Origin: Chiloscyllium plagiosum
Lineage: Eukaryota
Length of the DNA: 64,000 bases
NCBI RefSeq assembly: GCF_004010195.1
Contig: NC_057711.1
Span: 74,788,433 to 74,852,432, forward strand
Reading direction: 5' to 3'
Shown: piece after piece, positions 62,893 through 64,000 of the stretch
Layout of the letters: each line of letters starts with the position of its first letter
Numbering within the stretch: position 1 is the stretch's first letter
The notes under the pieces: generated by a model
What the model was told of the DNA's origin: nothing
Seen by the model: only the letters and a program-made list of their open reading frames with translations
The model's database searches: none
Position numbers and translations under genes: made by a program

Positions 62893-63020
62893 TTAAAGAC
62901 CATTTATCTCTCCACCTCTGAGGCTCCTGAAATGTCAATTTTCCTGCTCCTCGGATGTTGCCTGACCTGCAGTGCTTTTCCAGCATCACATTCTTTACTC
63001 TACCAGTCCTCACTTTCACC
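62893..63020 (+). mobile_element. Penelope-derived repeat inserted into a tRNA-SINE B box
   Basis: Perfect 16-bp TSD TAGGACTTGAACCCAG at 62877-62892 and 63021-63036. Confidence 0.75.
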
Positions 63021-63184
63021 TAGGACTTGAACCCAGGCCTCCTGATTCAGGGATAGGGATGCTACTGCTACATCACAAGAGGGTCCCCGACACAGAAGAC
63101 AAATATATTTCCCATGTCTTTCATTTCAATATTGATTTAGAGGTGTGAACTAGTTATGAGTTATGAATTGGTTGTGAGGAATGT

Positions 63185-63665
63185 GAGTGAGAATTGCACT
63201 AGAGAACATGCAGAGGAAATTTACTCTCTTGGGCTGGAGAGTACTGGCTATTAGGAAAATTTGGAAGCTGAGGTTGTTTTCTTTGGAAGAACAAAGATTG
63301 AGAGGAGACTTGATAGATCTGTAAAAGATAGGGTGGTTAAGAACATTTTCTTTCCATTAATTGAGAAGTCAATAATCAGGGGACTTAGATATAAGGTAAG
63401 ATGTAGACGGTTAAGAGGACGGTTGAGAAAAAAATATTTTCACTCAGAGGATGGTGAGAGTCTGGAATTCATCACTTGATAGTGTGGTTGAGTCAGAAAA
63501 GCTCCTAACATTTAAGCAGTACTAACATTTTCAGTTATGTTGCCATAACTTTCAGGGATAAAGAATAAAAGCTGGAAAATGGGATTAGTACAGTTAGATC
63601 TTTGTTTAATAATGCAGATACAATGGGCCAAATGCCCTCCTTTGGTGCTGCAAATGTTGATGAGT
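63185..63665 (+). mobile_element. CR1 3' fragment
   Basis: FFPLIEKSIIRGLRYKVRCRRLRGRLRKKYF; ATGGGCCAAATGCCCTCCTT 3' UTR. Confidence 0.75.
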
Positions 63666-63724
63666 TTAATGTTAGTATCCTCACCATTATAAGTAATGGC
63701 AAATGGCTGTCACATTTCGAGAGG

Positions 63725-64000
63725 AGTGATGGTCACTAACAATCCGTCCTCACCCACCCAGGTTGAAGTGATGGTTAAGAAAGCACAATGCCTCTACTTC
63801 CTCATGAGGCAAAGGAAATTTCACATATCCACAAAGACTATTACCAATTTTTTACAGATGCACCGTAGAAAGCATCCTATCTGGATGCATCACAGCATGG
63901 ATTGGCAACTGCTCTTCCCAAGATTGTAAAAAACTACAGAGAATCATGAACACAGCACAGTCCATTACACAAACCAGCCTTCCATCCATTGACTTCTTCT
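63725..64000 (+). mobile_element. Rex1/Babar-like LINE ORF2 C-terminal fragment
   Basis: MVKKAQCLYFLMRQRKF..TNF/YRCTVESILSGCITAWIGNCSSQDCKKLQRIMNTAQSITQTSLPSID. Confidence 0.75.

Overview
Repeat-dense, AT-rich eukaryotic DNA with no intact protein-coding gene. The repeat set (HE1-type V-SINEs, SacSINE1/Deu-type SINEs, CR1/HER1 LINEs, Penelope-like elements) points to an elasmobranch (shark) genome, most likely a long intron or intergenic region; this is inference. It holds many decayed, nested retroelements: CR1, a second APE-type LINE family, Rex1/Babar, Penelope, a Gypsy integrase relic and solo LTRs. It also has Harbinger and possible hAT remnants and an 841-nt assembly gap (44586-45426). 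Three signals stand out. (1) More than a dozen minimal hammerhead-ribozyme motifs sit in Penelope-derived terminal repeats, many as short hairpin or solo insertions with their own 7-18 bp target-site duplications. (2) A single-ORF LINE has a tRNA-like A/B-box head at its 5' end, and short SINEs in the window are head+tail deletion derivatives of it. (3) A templated-inversion scar lies at 364-944. A few candidate exons or splice signals are listed as speculative only. All family assignments come from reading motifs by eye; no database search was run.
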